Below, one piece after another: positions 29,856 through 41,308 of a stretch of 64,000 nucleotides of DNA. A program made the translations under genes and the position numbers. Numbering within the stretch: the first letter of the stretch is position 1; every line of letters begins with the position of its first letter. The stretch comes from Nitrospinales bacterium (lineage in GTDB: Bacteria; Nitrospinota; Nitrospinia; Nitrospinales; VA-1): NCBI GenBank assembly GCA_965223795.1, contig CBDCXL010000001.1, positions 480,001 to 544,000 on the forward strand. The letters are read 5' to 3'. The notes beneath the pieces are model-generated. The model was not told where the DNA came from. It made no database searches and saw only the letters and a program-made list of their open reading frames with translations.

Positions 29856-32800
29856 TTAAAGGGATTCGAGCCATTTCTCTGCGTTTTCGGTCATTTTCGG
29901 ATTGTGCCGCAGCGGGTCCGCAAGCCTGAGAAAGCGCTTCAGATGCCGCCGCGCCCGTTTGGGATCGCCTTTGATAAACTGCCGCCCGAGGTAATAATGC
30001 GCCGGAGCGAATTCGGGATCGAAACGCAGCGCCCGTTCAAATTCCCGCACGGCTTTTTCGGGCTGGTTGCGGAACGCGTGCGCGAGGCCCAGATTCAGGC
30101 TCACGCTGCTGTCGCCGCCGTACCATTCCTGCACCTCAGTGAGCAGGCTCTCGGCATCGGCGGGCCGCCCTGAGGAAAGGTACAGCTCGCTCAGGCCCAC
30201 CGCGCCGAACACGTAATACGGATTCACGCGCAGGGCGTTCTTGTAGGCTTTCTCCGCCCGTTCGGTGAATTTGAGCGCCTTGAAAATGTTTCCCATGTTG
30301 AAATACGTCATCACGTGGCCGGGATCGATCTTCAGGATTTCGCTGTAACGGGCCAGCGCCTCGGCGGCCTGCCCGGCCTGAAACGCCGACTGGGCCTCGT
30401 TGAGCAGCGTTTCGATCTGGGCCTGGCGTTTGATCTCGCGCACCTGGCTTTCGGAGCGCTGCAACTGCGCGAGTTTTTCCCGCACGCGGGCCCGGGTTTC
30501 GGCATCCGTGCTCTCGAAGGTCACAAAATCGGGGTCGATGCGAAAAAACGGCGACAGCTGCCTGACCAGCACGTCGCGCTCGTCCTTGTAAATGTAGCGC
30601 GGGGCGCTGAACTCGAGCAGGGAGTTGTCGTCGGTGTGGATGGGCGCGTCGAGGCTGAAACGCACCAGCCCGCCCCGGTTCATGATCTTGAGGCTCATCA
30701 GATCGAGGATGTTCTCGATGCCGATGCGCTGAAGGTCCTTGCGAATCGGTTCCTTCTGCAAGTGCCCGGCAAACTTCTCGTAGGAGAGCCGGTACTCTTC
30801 GCTGGAACCGATCAGCAGGTAATCGTCGCCGACGATCGATTCCCACATGGTGACGTAGGGGAAGGCCTCGCTGAAGGAACGGGTGATGGACTTGAAACTG
30901 TCCGGCGACATGTTGGTGTGCACCCAGATGCAGGCGACGCCGCCGGGCGTGAGGCGCTGTTTGAGCAGCTCGAAAAAATCCAGCGTGAACAACGCGCCGA
31001 CGCCGGAGATCCACGGGTTGGAGGGCTCGGAGATGATCACGTCGTACTGCTTGTCGGAGAGGGCGACGTGGTTGCGCCCGTCCTCCAGGATGACCTTAAC
31101 GCGCGGGTCGTCCAGCGCCTGATGGTTGAACGGGCCGAAAAACTTTGAGCCTTCGATGACCGCCGGCGAGATCTCCACCAGGTCGATCGCCTCCACCGGG
31201 AACTGCTCGACGGCGCCCAGGGTGATGCCGCTGCCCTGCCCGATCACCAGCGCCCGCTTCGGATCTTCGCTGAAGAACATCGGCAGGTAGCCGGACAGGA
31301 GCTGGGTGCGCATGTCGAGGGCCAGCGAGGCGTCGGTCTTGCCGTTGACGCGCAGGAAAATATTGCCCGAGACGGCCAGCTCCGTGGTCACGGTGGTGTG
31401 GGTGCCTTCCTTGTAATAGAGGATTTTGTTTTTGGCTTGTTCGGCTTCTTTCAGGTCCTGGATGCGGTAGGGCATGAACGAGCCGCTGGAGATGACGGCC
31501 TTGTCCCAGCCCGGCACGAACCGGCCGCCGGCAAGCGCGATGAGCAGCGCCAGCGGCAAAACGGTGAGCTTGAACGTCGGCCGCAGGGTTTCGGAGCGGC
31601 TCAATATCAGCACGCCCAGCACGCCGTTCAGCAGCACCGCCGCGGCCACCGTGTTCTGCACGCCGATCCAGGGGATGAGCACGAAACCGCCGAGGAAGGA
31701 GCCCGCGATCGTGCCCACGGTGTTGGAGGCGTAGACCCGCCCCACGTTGTGGCCGAGGGTTTCCAGGTTGCGGGCGATTAGCTTGACGACAACGGGAAAC
31801 TGCCCGCCCATCAAAAAGGTGGGCACGAACAGCAGCGTGAAGATGATGGCGAAATTGGAAAACTGGATCGTGGTGAAGTCCACGCTCACGTTCTGGTACA
31901 CCCAGCGGTTGACGAAGGGGATCTCGCCGAACAGCGGCAGCACGGTGAGGGCGGAAAAACCGATGCCGAGCTGCAGAAGACCGAAGGTTTTCACGCGGTC
32001 GGTGAACCGGTGCTGCCAGCGGGAAAACGCCAGCGTTCCCAGCGCCAGCCCGAGGATGAAGGTGGTCAGGATCAGCCCGAACGCGTACACCGACGATCCC
32101 AGAAGCAGGGAGAGGATGCGGTTCCAGGCGATCTGGTAGACCAGGGCCGACACGCCGGACAGGCCGAACGCCAATAGAATGGCGACGGTCCTCAGAGTCA
32201 GCGGATCCACGGGCGGCGCTTTGGCTGTATCGGCGGCGGTTTCTGTTCCCGTATCCCTGTCGAGGGACGGTTTGAACAGGACGAAAATCACCACGGCGAT
32301 GCCGATGTTCAGGGCGGCGGCGATGTAAATGGTTGCGCTCACGCCGAACAGGCGCATCAGCACGAACGCGCTGGCCAGGGCCCCGAGCACCGCGCCGAAG
32401 GTGTTGACGGCGTACAGCGTGCCGACGTCGCGGCCGATGAAGCCGGGTTCGGTGGACACGAATTTGCTGAGCACCGGCAGCGTCGCGCCCATGAAGGTGG
32501 TGGGCAGGATCAGGATGCCGCCGCAGATGAGAAAGCGCAGAAAGCTCGCGGTGGTGTAGGAGTTCGACGCGTCGAGGTAGATGGACTGAAACAGCGGATG
32601 CGCCCACTGGATGAGCGCCGGGATCAGCAGGCAGTACAGGCCGATGGCGGCTTCCAGAATGGCGTAGACGGCGAGCGGGTTGAACCGCCGGTCGATGATG
32701 CGGCCGCCGAGGTAGCTCCCCAGGGCCAGACCGCCCATGAAGGAGGTCAGCACCGTGGCCACGGAATAATGGGTGTTGCCCATGACCAGGGTGAGCAGGC

Positions 32801-32894
32801 GCGTCCACACCACTTCGTAGATGAGCCCCGTCGCGCCGGAGATGAGAAAAAAAAGGAAAACCCAGGCTCTGGACTGCGGGTTGAAGGGGGCCAA
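29856..32894 (-). CDS. Fused multi-TM (MFS-like)/spermidine-synthase-like protein with C-terminal TPRs
   Basis: FISGATGLIYEVVWTR, YAVNTFG/YASNTVG repeats, LRVNGKTD, VIGQGSGIT, VEISPAV, DGRNH, YDVIISEP, HTDDN..LEF, then TPRs. TTG start. Confidence 0.9.
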   Translation of the reverse strand: MAPFNPQSRAWVFLFFLISGATGLIYEVVWTRLLTLVMGNTHYSVATVLTSFMGGLALGSYLGGRIIDRRFNPLAVYAILEAAIGLYCLLIPALIQWAHPLFQSIYLDASNSYTTASFLRFLICGGILILPTTFMGATLPVLSKFVSTEPGFIGRDVGTLYAVNTFGAVLGALASAFVLMRLFGVSATIYIAAALNIGIAVVIFVLFKPSLDRDTGTETAADTAKAPPVDPLTLRTVAILLAFGLSGVSALVYQIAWNRILSLLLGSSVYAFGLILTTFILGLALGTLAFSRWQHRFTDRVKTFGLLQLGIGFSALTVLPLFGEIPFVNRWVYQNVSVDFTTIQFSNFAIIFTLLFVPTFLMGGQFPVVVKLIARNLETLGHNVGRVYASNTVGTIAGSFLGGFVLIPWIGVQNTVAAAVLLNGVLGVLILSRSETLRPTFKLTVLPLALLIALAGGRFVPGWDKAVISSGSFMPYRIQDLKEAEQAKNKILYYKEGTHTTVTTELAVSGNIFLRVNGKTDASLALDMRTQLLSGYLPMFFSEDPKRALVIGQGSGITLGAVEQFPVEAIDLVEISPAVIEGSKFFGPFNHQALDDPRVKVILEDGRNHVALSDKQYDVIISEPSNPWISGVGALFTLDFFELLKQRLTPGGVACIWVHTNMSPDSFKSITRSFSEAFPYVTMWESIVGDDYLLIGSSEEYRLSYEKFAGHLQKEPIRKDLQRIGIENILDLMSLKIMNRGGLVRFSLDAPIHTDDNSLLEFSAPRYIYKDERDVLVRQLSPFFRIDPDFVTFESTDAETRARVREKLAQLQRSESQVREIKRQAQIETLLNEAQSAFQAGQAAEALARYSEILKIDPGHVMTYFNMGNIFKALKFTERAEKAYKNALRVNPYYVFGAVGLSELYLSSGRPADAESLLTEVQEWYGGDSSVSLNLGLAHAFRNQPEKAVREFERALRFDPEFAPAHYYLGRQFIKGDPKRARRHLKRFLRLADPLRHNPKMTENAEKWLESL

Positions 32895-32906
32895 GGGAGA
32901 TGCCGG

Positions 32907-33809
32907 CTACTGGGTTTCGGACACTTTCTTGGAGCGCGCGCAGCGGAATCCGACGATGGCGTCCTTACGTCCCGGGGTCGCCGCAAAGCGCTTGGCCGCG
33001 CGGATGTCCACGGTGCGGTGGTCCCAGGAACCGCCACGGTAGACCCGGTTTTTCTTGTTTTCCGGACCGGTGGGGTTCATCAGGGGCGCGACCTGGTAAT
33101 AAAACTGGTCGTAGTAATCCTCCACCCACTCGGACACATTGCCCGCCATGTCGTACACACCGTAGACGCTGCGTCCCATCGGGAAGCTGCCCACGGGAGC
33201 CATGTGCTCGTACCCGTCGGCTTTGCCCGCAAGGTTGGCGCGCTTGTCGAGCATCTTGTTGCCCCAGGGGTATTTCAGCCCGTGGGTGCCGCGCGCGGCT
33301 TTCTCCCACTCGGCTTCGGTGGGAAGCCGTTTGCCGGCCCATTTGCAGTAATTGACGGCGTCGTTCCAGGACACACCGACGACAGGGAAATTGGGGGTCT
33401 TGAGTATGGACTGGTCTGCCTTGAAAAACGGCACCGACGGCTCCACGTAATTGGCGGCGCGGCGGAATTTCTCGTAGTTTTCGACGCTGACTTCGTGCTT
33501 GTCGATGTAAAAGGCGTCGAGGTAGATCTCCTGCTGCGGCTTTTCATCGAAGCCGCCGGAGTCCGACCCGCGGGTGAAGATGCCTTCGGGAATGAGGATC
33601 ATTTCGCGGCCGTCTTCGCCGGCGATCGTCTCGAAGATGCTGAAATCGCGATTGTCCTCGATTTCCACCTGCTTGGCTTTGACGGCCAGCTGCTGGAATT
33701 CATTGTCCCGGTCGATCGATTTTTTGATCTCCCAGATGATGACCAAAAGAAATAAAACGGTGATGGCAAAACAGGCAATGATGCCGATCATTAAATTTTT
33801 ATCTCGCAT
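32907..33809 (-). CDS. Membrane-anchored FGE-sulfatase-fold (SUMF1/EgtB/PvdO-like) protein
   Basis: FYIDKHEV, PVVGVSW.DA..YC.W.GKRLPTEAEWEKAARG, DMAGNV.EW, RGGSW and GFRC. Confidence 0.92.
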   Translation of the reverse strand: MRDKNLMIGIIACFAITVLFLLVIIWEIKKSIDRDNEFQQLAVKAKQVEIEDNRDFSIFETIAGEDGREMILIPEGIFTRGSDSGGFDEKPQQEIYLDAFYIDKHEVSVENYEKFRRAANYVEPSVPFFKADQSILKTPNFPVVGVSWNDAVNYCKWAGKRLPTEAEWEKAARGTHGLKYPWGNKMLDKRANLAGKADGYEHMAPVGSFPMGRSVYGVYDMAGNVSEWVEDYYDQFYYQVAPLMNPTGPENKKNRVYRGGSWDHRTVDIRAAKRFAATPGRKDAIVGFRCARSKKVSETQ

Positions 33810-34047
33810 TTTCGCGCTGAACGGGAAAAGTTTGTTGGGAAAAAAACAAAAAGTTGATTATAGTTTAAAAGAAATTTAAAGCAATGAAAAAGCGGTGTTA
33901 ACGGCCGCCGTGACGGCGTTTGCAGGATATTGGCAGAGTGGATTTTCCAGATATCCCCAAAGGAGGCGCGGCAGGAAAAATCGGGCCGTCCTGGCGCGGC
34001 GGCGCTCCTGCTGAAGGAGCGGATTCGGATTGGAAAGGCGGCGGAAT

Positions 34048-34836
34048 ATGGATTTACTGAAAGTCAAGGATTCGGCGCTGGCCTACACCCGGGAAGCGGA
34101 ACAGGAGATTTTGCAATGGTTCCGCAAGGATCTCAAGGTGGAGTCGAAGACCGACCGGTCTCCGGTGACGGTGGCGGACCGCAATGCCGAACAGGTTTTG
34201 CGGAGGAACATCCATCGCGATTATCCGGATTGCGGCATCATCGGCGAGGAATTCGGCAACGAAAACCCGGACGCCGAATGGGTGTGGACGCTCGATCCGA
34301 TCGACGGAACCCGCTCGTTCGTGCGCGGTCTGCCCCTGTTCGCGGTGCTCACGTCGCTGCTGCACAAGGGTGAGCCGGTTGTCGGCACGCTGTCCCTGCC
34401 CGCTTTGGGCGAAACCTACTGGGCGGCGCAGGGCCACGGCGCCTGGTGCGGCGAGACCAGGCTGTCGGTCTCGGGGCAGACGGATCTTTCGCAATCGCTG
34501 GTCGCCATTGCCGATCTTTACTGCTTCAAGCAGGAAAAACGCCTGTCTCTGGTGCGACGGCTGGAAAAGGACGCGGCGATGGTCCGCACCTATCCGGATG
34601 CGTTCGGGCACATTCTGGCGGCGCGCGGAGCGGTGGACGTGATGGTCGATCCGCTGGCCAAAATCTGGGATTATGCGCCCTGCAAGATCCTGGTGCAGGA
34701 AGCGGGCGGCACGTTCGCCAATTTCACCGGCAGCCGGGCCAGCATTCGCGAAGGCACGGCCGTCTGCGGCAACCCCAAGCTGGTGAAGGCAGTGCGCAGG
34801 CACATATCGGAGTTGAATGCAGGGAAATCGAGCTGA
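34048..34836 (+). CDS. Inositol monophosphatase family protein (HisN-like histidinol phosphatase possible)
   Basis: SPVTVADR.AE, GEEFG, W.LDPIDGTRSF and WDYA. Confidence 0.88.
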   Translation: MDLLKVKDSALAYTREAEQEILQWFRKDLKVESKTDRSPVTVADRNAEQVLRRNIHRDYPDCGIIGEEFGNENPDAEWVWTLDPIDGTRSFVRGLPLFAVLTSLLHKGEPVVGTLSLPALGETYWAAQGHGAWCGETRLSVSGQTDLSQSLVAIADLYCFKQEKRLSLVRRLEKDAAMVRTYPDAFGHILAARGAVDVMVDPLAKIWDYAPCKILVQEAGGTFANFTGSRASIREGTAVCGNPKLVKAVRRHISELNAGKSS

Positions 34837-34927
34837 AGCGGGGATGAGCGGAATCGATGCGGTGCACACGCACAGGGATGGGGCGCCGGCCCGAAATCAC
34901 CCTATTCGCATAAGACGCCCCATGCCA

Positions 34928-34944
34928 TTCGACAGGCTCAGGAT
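34928..34944. repeat. Isolated arm of the REP-like palindrome
   Basis: TTCGACAGGCTCAGGAT matches the core arms at 18.2 and 51.1 kb. Confidence 0.55.
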
Positions 34945-35023
34945 GCCACTTGAATGTCTTTTCGGGGTTCTTCCCAGGTGTGAACGCTAAGGAACGGATG
35001 CTGATTGAGAGCCCGGTCTTCCT

Positions 35024-35413
35024 TTAGAAAGCAGAAATCGGCTGCCTTCCGGAGAACCCGGAATCGAGATCGTGCCAGTAGTTGATTTCCTGTTCAGGAA
35101 CTTTCCAGCACAGATACACTTCCTTGCCTTCGCGGAGTGAAGGGAAATCCACCAGGCCGTCGTTGATGCCTTTTAAAATGCAGCCGGAGGCTTCCAGTTC
35201 CTTGATGAAGTTGTTGAGACGGATCGCGGCTTTGAGATAGGCCGCGCCTTCCGGACTGCCGCCGTTGTATTTGTGCTTTTCCCAGGCGTTTTTCACGTCC
35301 GGATAATCGTTCATCAACTCCGAAGCCAGCTTCTGAATCCTCGGGACGTCATCCAGCAATTTGGGGACAAACGAATTGGCTTCTTTCAAAGTGAAGTATT
35401 TTTTTTGCGGCAT
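35024..35413 (-). CDS. DUF2203 family protein
   Basis: YFTL.EAN..VP, LKG...GLVDFP, YLCWK..E..I.YWH....GF.GRQPI. Confidence 0.9.
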   Translation of the reverse strand: MPQKKYFTLKEANSFVPKLLDDVPRIQKLASELMNDYPDVKNAWEKHKYNGGSPEGAAYLKAAIRLNNFIKELEASGCILKGINDGLVDFPSLREGKEVYLCWKVPEQEINYWHDLDSGFSGRQPISAF

Positions 35414-35712
35414 GACGGCTGAGTTCCCTTCAGGTTGATGGAACGAATAAGAACGAAAAAATTTAAAAATGGATAATTTTCTATTATTAAATACTTATTA
35501 TATTTGATTAATCAGGCATTTCCCAGCGAAAAAACGCCCCAAATGGCAAAAATACATGAATACCATACATAAAATCAATGACTTATGATTATCGGCCCGC
35601 AAAAACGCCGCATTTGCATCGCCATGCGGATTATCGGAATTTGAAGCACCCTTCCAGGCATCGCCCGAAGCCAGAAAAACCGCCGGAATCCCTTCACAAA
35701 CCGGTTTTTCTA

Positions 35713-35741
35713 TTGACAAACACTTCATAAGATTATAAATT
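35713..35741 (+). promoter_or_regulatory. Putative sigma70-type promoter of the 35919 gene
   Basis: TTGACA (35713-35718), 17-bp spacer, TAAATT. Confidence 0.55.
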
Positions 35742-35918
35742 TTCACCACTGTGAAAAACCTGTCATCATAGGTTCATTCCATTCAAAACACACAATCTAA
35801 TAAACAGATGCCCGAGGGGGGGTGAAAACAAGAACTCGGCACTGATTATTATATCGCGCGATAGAACTATTTTGGTTTCATTGGAAGTTATTCCATCTTT
35901 ATTCGGGAGGCTAGAGTA

Positions 35919-36368
35919 ATGAAGAAATTAGTTTTGGCATCAGCAGCTTTTGTTATGGCTTTTGGGATGAGCGCCATCGTCATGGCCGATACGGTGATCC
36001 CCGGACAATACACGCCTCGGGATCAAAGCGTGATGGGTGTGGGCAAGACGATCATGGAGATGGGCGCCAGGGACCGCGCACTCACTAATGCGGTCAACCG
36101 CGCTTCCCGCGCACACCGGTCTGGCGGAGACGCTTTCGGGGATGTCAATGCCAGCTACCAGTTCGGTGCCTCGCAATCCGACCAATCCTGGAAAGCCGCC
36201 CGAACGGTGGAAGAAGCTCAGGTTCGCGGGCTGGTTGCGGGTGACTGTCAGGGCGACAACTCCACGGACGCATACAGGAAGCAGATGGGCCAGAGCCGCG
36301 ATGGCTTCATGGAAGAAAAACTGGTTTCCAACGCACAGTGCGGCGAGTACCATCCCACTCTGAAGTAA
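35919..36368 (+). CDS. Secreted hypothetical protein
   Basis: RBS GGGAGG, signal peptide MKKLVLASAAF...VMA, two Cys, and its own promoter and terminator. Confidence 0.85.
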   Translation: MKKLVLASAAFVMAFGMSAIVMADTVIPGQYTPRDQSVMGVGKTIMEMGARDRALTNAVNRASRAHRSGGDAFGDVNASYQFGASQSDQSWKAARTVEEAQVRGLVAGDCQGDNSTDAYRKQMGQSRDGFMEEKLVSNAQCGEYHPTLK

Positions 36369-36388
36369 GCAAAAGCATTGATTTTACG

Positions 36389-36418
36389 GGCGGGGGGTTT
36401 CCCCCCGCCTTTTTTTTT
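36389..36418 (+). terminator. Intrinsic terminator
   Basis: GGCGGGGGG-TTT-CCCCCCGCC followed by a T9 run. Confidence 0.88.
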
Positions 36419-36518
36419 GGCCGGCCGGCAGATGCGTTTGCCCGCCGGTTTTCTTTTTTTGCCAGGCCGGCTGTAATCGGAGAGGTCAGATCTCTTTGAA
36501 TTTGTTATTCTAATTCGT

Positions 36519-37016
36519 ATGATCCCGCACAGGCAGCCACCCGACACCGCGTCCGCCGGGCCCCCGGTCATCAGGTCGAACCCTGGAACGGGAGGCCGTT
36601 TTTGCTTCGCATTGTTGTGCTGCCTGTTCCTGCTCCTGCCGAACGACGCCAGCGCCGCGGATCTGCAATCCGTTTCCCTCAAGACGTACAAACTAAAGAG
36701 CTTTGCCGTCCCCAATCCGATGGACCTGTCGCGCCTTCCAATGGGGAAAACCTTTCAGGTGGCGGAAGACGAGTTCATCCTGCAGTTTTACTTCGATGGC
36801 AGGGACATCTATGGAATCATCTTTAAAAGACAAAAAGAAGTTTCCCTTTACATCGAATGGTGTTTTTTCAAATCGTGCGAGGAAAGCCAGTACGACTATG
36901 TGGTGAAAATCGCCGACGCCAACAAGCCGCCGTTCGATCAGCAGTTTTTCTCCGTCAAGCTGCCTGCGCATCTGGCCTACGAGTTTAAAGGCTTGAAATT
37001 TTTTACCTGGGAGTGA
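36519..37016 (+). CDS. Hypothetical exported protein
   Basis: Hydrophobic signal-like segment ending ASA, then a beta-rich domain. Start uncertain. Confidence 0.65.
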   Translation: MIPHRQPPDTASAGPPVIRSNPGTGGRFCFALLCCLFLLLPNDASAADLQSVSLKTYKLKSFAVPNPMDLSRLPMGKTFQVAEDEFILQFYFDGRDIYGIIFKRQKEVSLYIEWCFFKSCEESQYDYVVKIADANKPPFDQQFFSVKLPAHLAYEFKGLKFFTWE

Positions 37017-37425
37017 GGCATTTTCCCACCCTCAGCAGCTTGCCGAATCGCCGCCACAACATTTTTGGGGCAGCGGCGTTCCCGCCAAACATTAACACTT
37101 CTTAATTAATTATTTTTAACGTTTCTTTATGGCAATTCCTGCTATGATTGACTTAATTCTTACAGACATAGGCGGATTCCACTCACCAGTTAGAGGTTGT
37201 CTCCTCCTCCGGTACCCGCTGGGGCGTGGTTTCCGCCATTGTTTTTCCCCTTCCCTCCCGCGGCTCCCCTGGCGCAACTCTCATTTGTCCGTTTAGACTC
37301 ATCAGGATTTTTTACGTGTTTTTATTTTTTCTTTGCCGCTGTTCTTTGTCCAGCGACAGCGTACGGCGGCGTTTTTGTTATAATTGGGAACACGATTCCA
37401 TTCACCATTCGTTTGAGAGGATCCC

Positions 37426-37848
37426 ATGTCCCGATTCACTGATAACGAGAACGGTACGGTCACCGACAACGAAACCGGGCTCACCTGGTTTAAAAAGGAT
37501 TCCCGTCAGATCACGGGCAAGTGGATGCACCTGGAAAAGTCGCAGAAATTCGCGGAGCAGCAGAACGCGGATCAATTCGGCGGGCACAACGACTGGCGGA
37601 TTCCGAAACTGGAAGACATCAAAACCATCTTCGACAAAAGTTTCAGCCAGAAAGATTTCGGCAACAACGAAATCTTCATTCCCCCGGTTTTTGAACCCGG
37701 CTGCGCGGACAGCACCTGGACGGACACCGTCAACGGCGACCGGGCGATGATGTTCAGCCTGGTCAAAGGACGCTCCACCTGGATCAACCGTTACGGCGAG
37801 GGGCCGTTCGCGGTGCGGCTGGTGCGGGGAACGCGGCAGGAAACGTGA
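37426..37848 (+). CDS. DUF1566 domain protein
   Basis: RFTDNENGTVTD..TGLTW, FGGHNDWRIP and VRLVR. Confidence 0.87.
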   Translation: MSRFTDNENGTVTDNETGLTWFKKDSRQITGKWMHLEKSQKFAEQQNADQFGGHNDWRIPKLEDIKTIFDKSFSQKDFGNNEIFIPPVFEPGCADSTWTDTVNGDRAMMFSLVKGRSTWINRYGEGPFAVRLVRGTRQET

Positions 37849-37882
37849 AGGCAGGAATGGAGTGCGATCGATCCCGCTGGCG

Positions 37883-38236
37883 TCAGGCCCGGGCGCTCAT
37901 GAAGAGCCACACTCCCGTGCCGATTAAAAGAACGGCGAAACCGCGCTTGAAATTCTGATCGGACAGGTTCTGCAAAAGCAGGGGGCCGATCTGCGCGCCG
38001 ACGATCCCGCCCAGCGCCAGGAAAAGACCGGTTTTGATATCGACATTGCCCAGCTTGGAATGCGCGAGCAAAGACGAAACCGCGACCAGCCCGACGAAGA
38101 GAAACGACGTCCCCACAGCCATGTTCGCTTCCTTGCCCATGTAGATGAGGTAGGGAACCACGAGGAATCCGCCGCCGAGCCCGGAGCCCGAGGACAGGAT
38201 TCCGATGATCAATCCGAGCGCTATCTGCAGTATCAA
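37883..38236 (-). CDS. Half-size TauE/SafE-family membrane protein (117 aa)
   Basis: G.LSS..GLGGGF.VVP.L, AVGTS and GGIVGAQIG. TTG start after AAGGAG, overlapping the upstream stop (TTGA). Confidence 0.82.
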   Translation of the reverse strand: MILQIALGLIIGILSSGSGLGGGFLVVPYLIYMGKEANMAVGTSFLFVGLVAVSSLLAHSKLGNVDIKTGLFLALGGIVGAQIGPLLLQNLSDQNFKRGFAVLLIGTGVWLFMSARA

Positions 38237-39465
38237 GTTGGATCTCCTTTCTCGACGTACTTCGTTTCCAGCGCATCCACCACAGCGGCGCCGATGGAAT
38301 CGCCCCACACGTTGACGGTCGTGCGGCAGCGGTCCAGAAACCAGTCGATGGACAGCAGCAGCCCGAGCCCTTCCGCCGGCAGCCCGACGGAATTGAGCAC
38401 CATGAGCATGGTCACCAGCCCCGCCTCGGGGATGCCCGCCGCGCCGATGGCGGCGAGCGTCGCGGTGATGAAGATGATGGCCTGCTGCCCCATGCTCAAC
38501 TCGATGCCGAAGGCCTGGGCGATGAAGATCGCCGCCACGGCTTCGTACAGCGCCGTGCCGTTCATGTTCACGGTGGCGGCCAGGGGCAGCACGAACAGGG
38601 TCGCCTTGCGGGACACTCGGTTTTCCTGCACGCATTCGAAGGTCACCGGCAGGGTCGCGGAACTGCTCGCGGTGGAAAACGCCGTGGTGAGCGCCTCGCT
38701 CATATTTTTAAAATAAAGCAGCGGGCTGCGCTTGGTGAGCCACATCAGCAGAAAGGGCAGCACGAACACCGCATGGATGCCCAGCGCGACGAGCACCGTC
38801 ACGACGTACTTGCCGATCTTGCTGAGTTCGGCCCAGAACGCGTCGCCGCCGCCGGCGGCGCCCAGCTTGGCGGCGATGAGAGCAAACACGCCCAAAGGGG
38901 CGATGTACATGATGAGGTGCACGATCTTCATGATGGCTTCGTTGACGCCGTCGAAAAACTCGATCACCAGCTTGCCCTTCTCACCGAGCGTGGTGAGGAC
39001 GCCGCCGAACAACAGGGAGAACACGATGATCGGCAAGATGTTCATCTCCACCATCGCCTGGATGAGGTTGCCGGAAACGAACTGGCCCAGCACATCGGTG
39101 ATGCCCGTCGCCTCCCTGGCGGCCACCTTTTCGGTGACGACGGCGCCGGACGATTCGACGCCCGCACCGGGCTGAATGATATTGACGGCGACCATGCCGA
39201 TCAGCACCGCCGCCAGGTTGGTCACGCCGAAGTAGAAGAGCGCGATGAGACCGGTCTTGCCCACTTTGCGCACATCTCCCAGCCCGGAAATGCCGACGAT
39301 CATAGACGAAACGATCAGTGGAATGACGAGCATCTTCAGGGCATCGAGAAACATCTCGCCGATCCAGTCGACGACATGCATGTCCGTCCCGAAAAACCAG
39401 CCGCAGAAAATGCCCAGCAGAATGCCCGCAAGCATCAGGTACATCAGGGTATTGTTGTTGTTCAT
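38233..39465 (-). CDS. Dicarboxylate/amino acid:cation symporter (DAACS, GltP-like)
   Basis: AFSTASSSATLP, ATVNMNGTALYE, AAIGAAGIP and DWFLDRCRTTVNVWGD. Confidence 0.94.
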   Translation of the reverse strand: MNNNNTLMYLMLAGILLGIFCGWFFGTDMHVVDWIGEMFLDALKMLVIPLIVSSMIVGISGLGDVRKVGKTGLIALFYFGVTNLAAVLIGMVAVNIIQPGAGVESSGAVVTEKVAAREATGITDVLGQFVSGNLIQAMVEMNILPIIVFSLLFGGVLTTLGEKGKLVIEFFDGVNEAIMKIVHLIMYIAPLGVFALIAAKLGAAGGGDAFWAELSKIGKYVVTVLVALGIHAVFVLPFLLMWLTKRSPLLYFKNMSEALTTAFSTASSSATLPVTFECVQENRVSRKATLFVLPLAATVNMNGTALYEAVAAIFIAQAFGIELSMGQQAIIFITATLAAIGAAGIPEAGLVTMLMVLNSVGLPAEGLGLLLSIDWFLDRCRTTVNVWGDSIGAAVVDALETKYVEKGDPT

Positions 39466-39679
39466 CGTCACCGCCCGATTCCGGTTTACTATTTATAGTT
39501 CGGCGCGGCGTCCGCACCGTTGCCCGCGGAAAATTCCGCAGGTGGGACAGGTTGTGAATTTATGATTTTGCTGCACATCCGCCGCACGACAAAAAGTTTC
39601 AACCACGGCGTTTCGGCGTTATAATAGTAAGGTCATTTTCTTTTTTATTTCAATGCTTTGTTGTTCACTGGGAGGCGTC

Positions 39680-40969
<1,290 letters not shown>

Positions 40970-40984
40970 CGCGGCTTTTTGGGC

Positions 40985-41308
40985 CTAGGCCGCGGGTTCG
41001 ATCGTGCAGGTGAACGGGAACTGCTCCATAGACGCCGCGGTGTGCACCTGTTCGACCTTGAACTCGGCCTGTTCCAAAGGCAGGGTCGCCACATGCGCGG
41101 AGCCCTTGTGGTGGATCTCGAACATCAGCTTTTCCGCGCTTTCGTAATCCTTCTGGAACAGGTTGACCAGTATCCGAACGACAAATTCCATCGTGGTGAC
41201 TTCGTCGTTCCACATGATGATCCGGTACAGCGGCAGGTAGGCACGGTCCGTCGAATGATCGACTTCTTCGTCCACTCCGGGAGAAAAAGGTAAGGTCTCG
41301 GTTCCCAT
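40985..41308 (-). CDS. clpS: ATP-dependent Clp protease adaptor ClpS
   Basis: YRIIMWNDEVTTMEFVV..L, M.EIHHKG.A and FPF.CTIE. Confidence 0.9.
   Translation of the reverse strand: MGTETLPFSPGVDEEVDHSTDRAYLPLYRIIMWNDEVTTMEFVVRILVNLFQKDYESAEKLMFEIHHKGSAHVATLPLEQAEFKVEQVHTAASMEQFPFTCTIEPAA

Noticed and set aside
32907..33809. FGE-fold or DUF1566 genes as diversity-generating retroelement targets
   Set aside because: No reverse transcriptase and no template/variable repeat pair is visible in the window.
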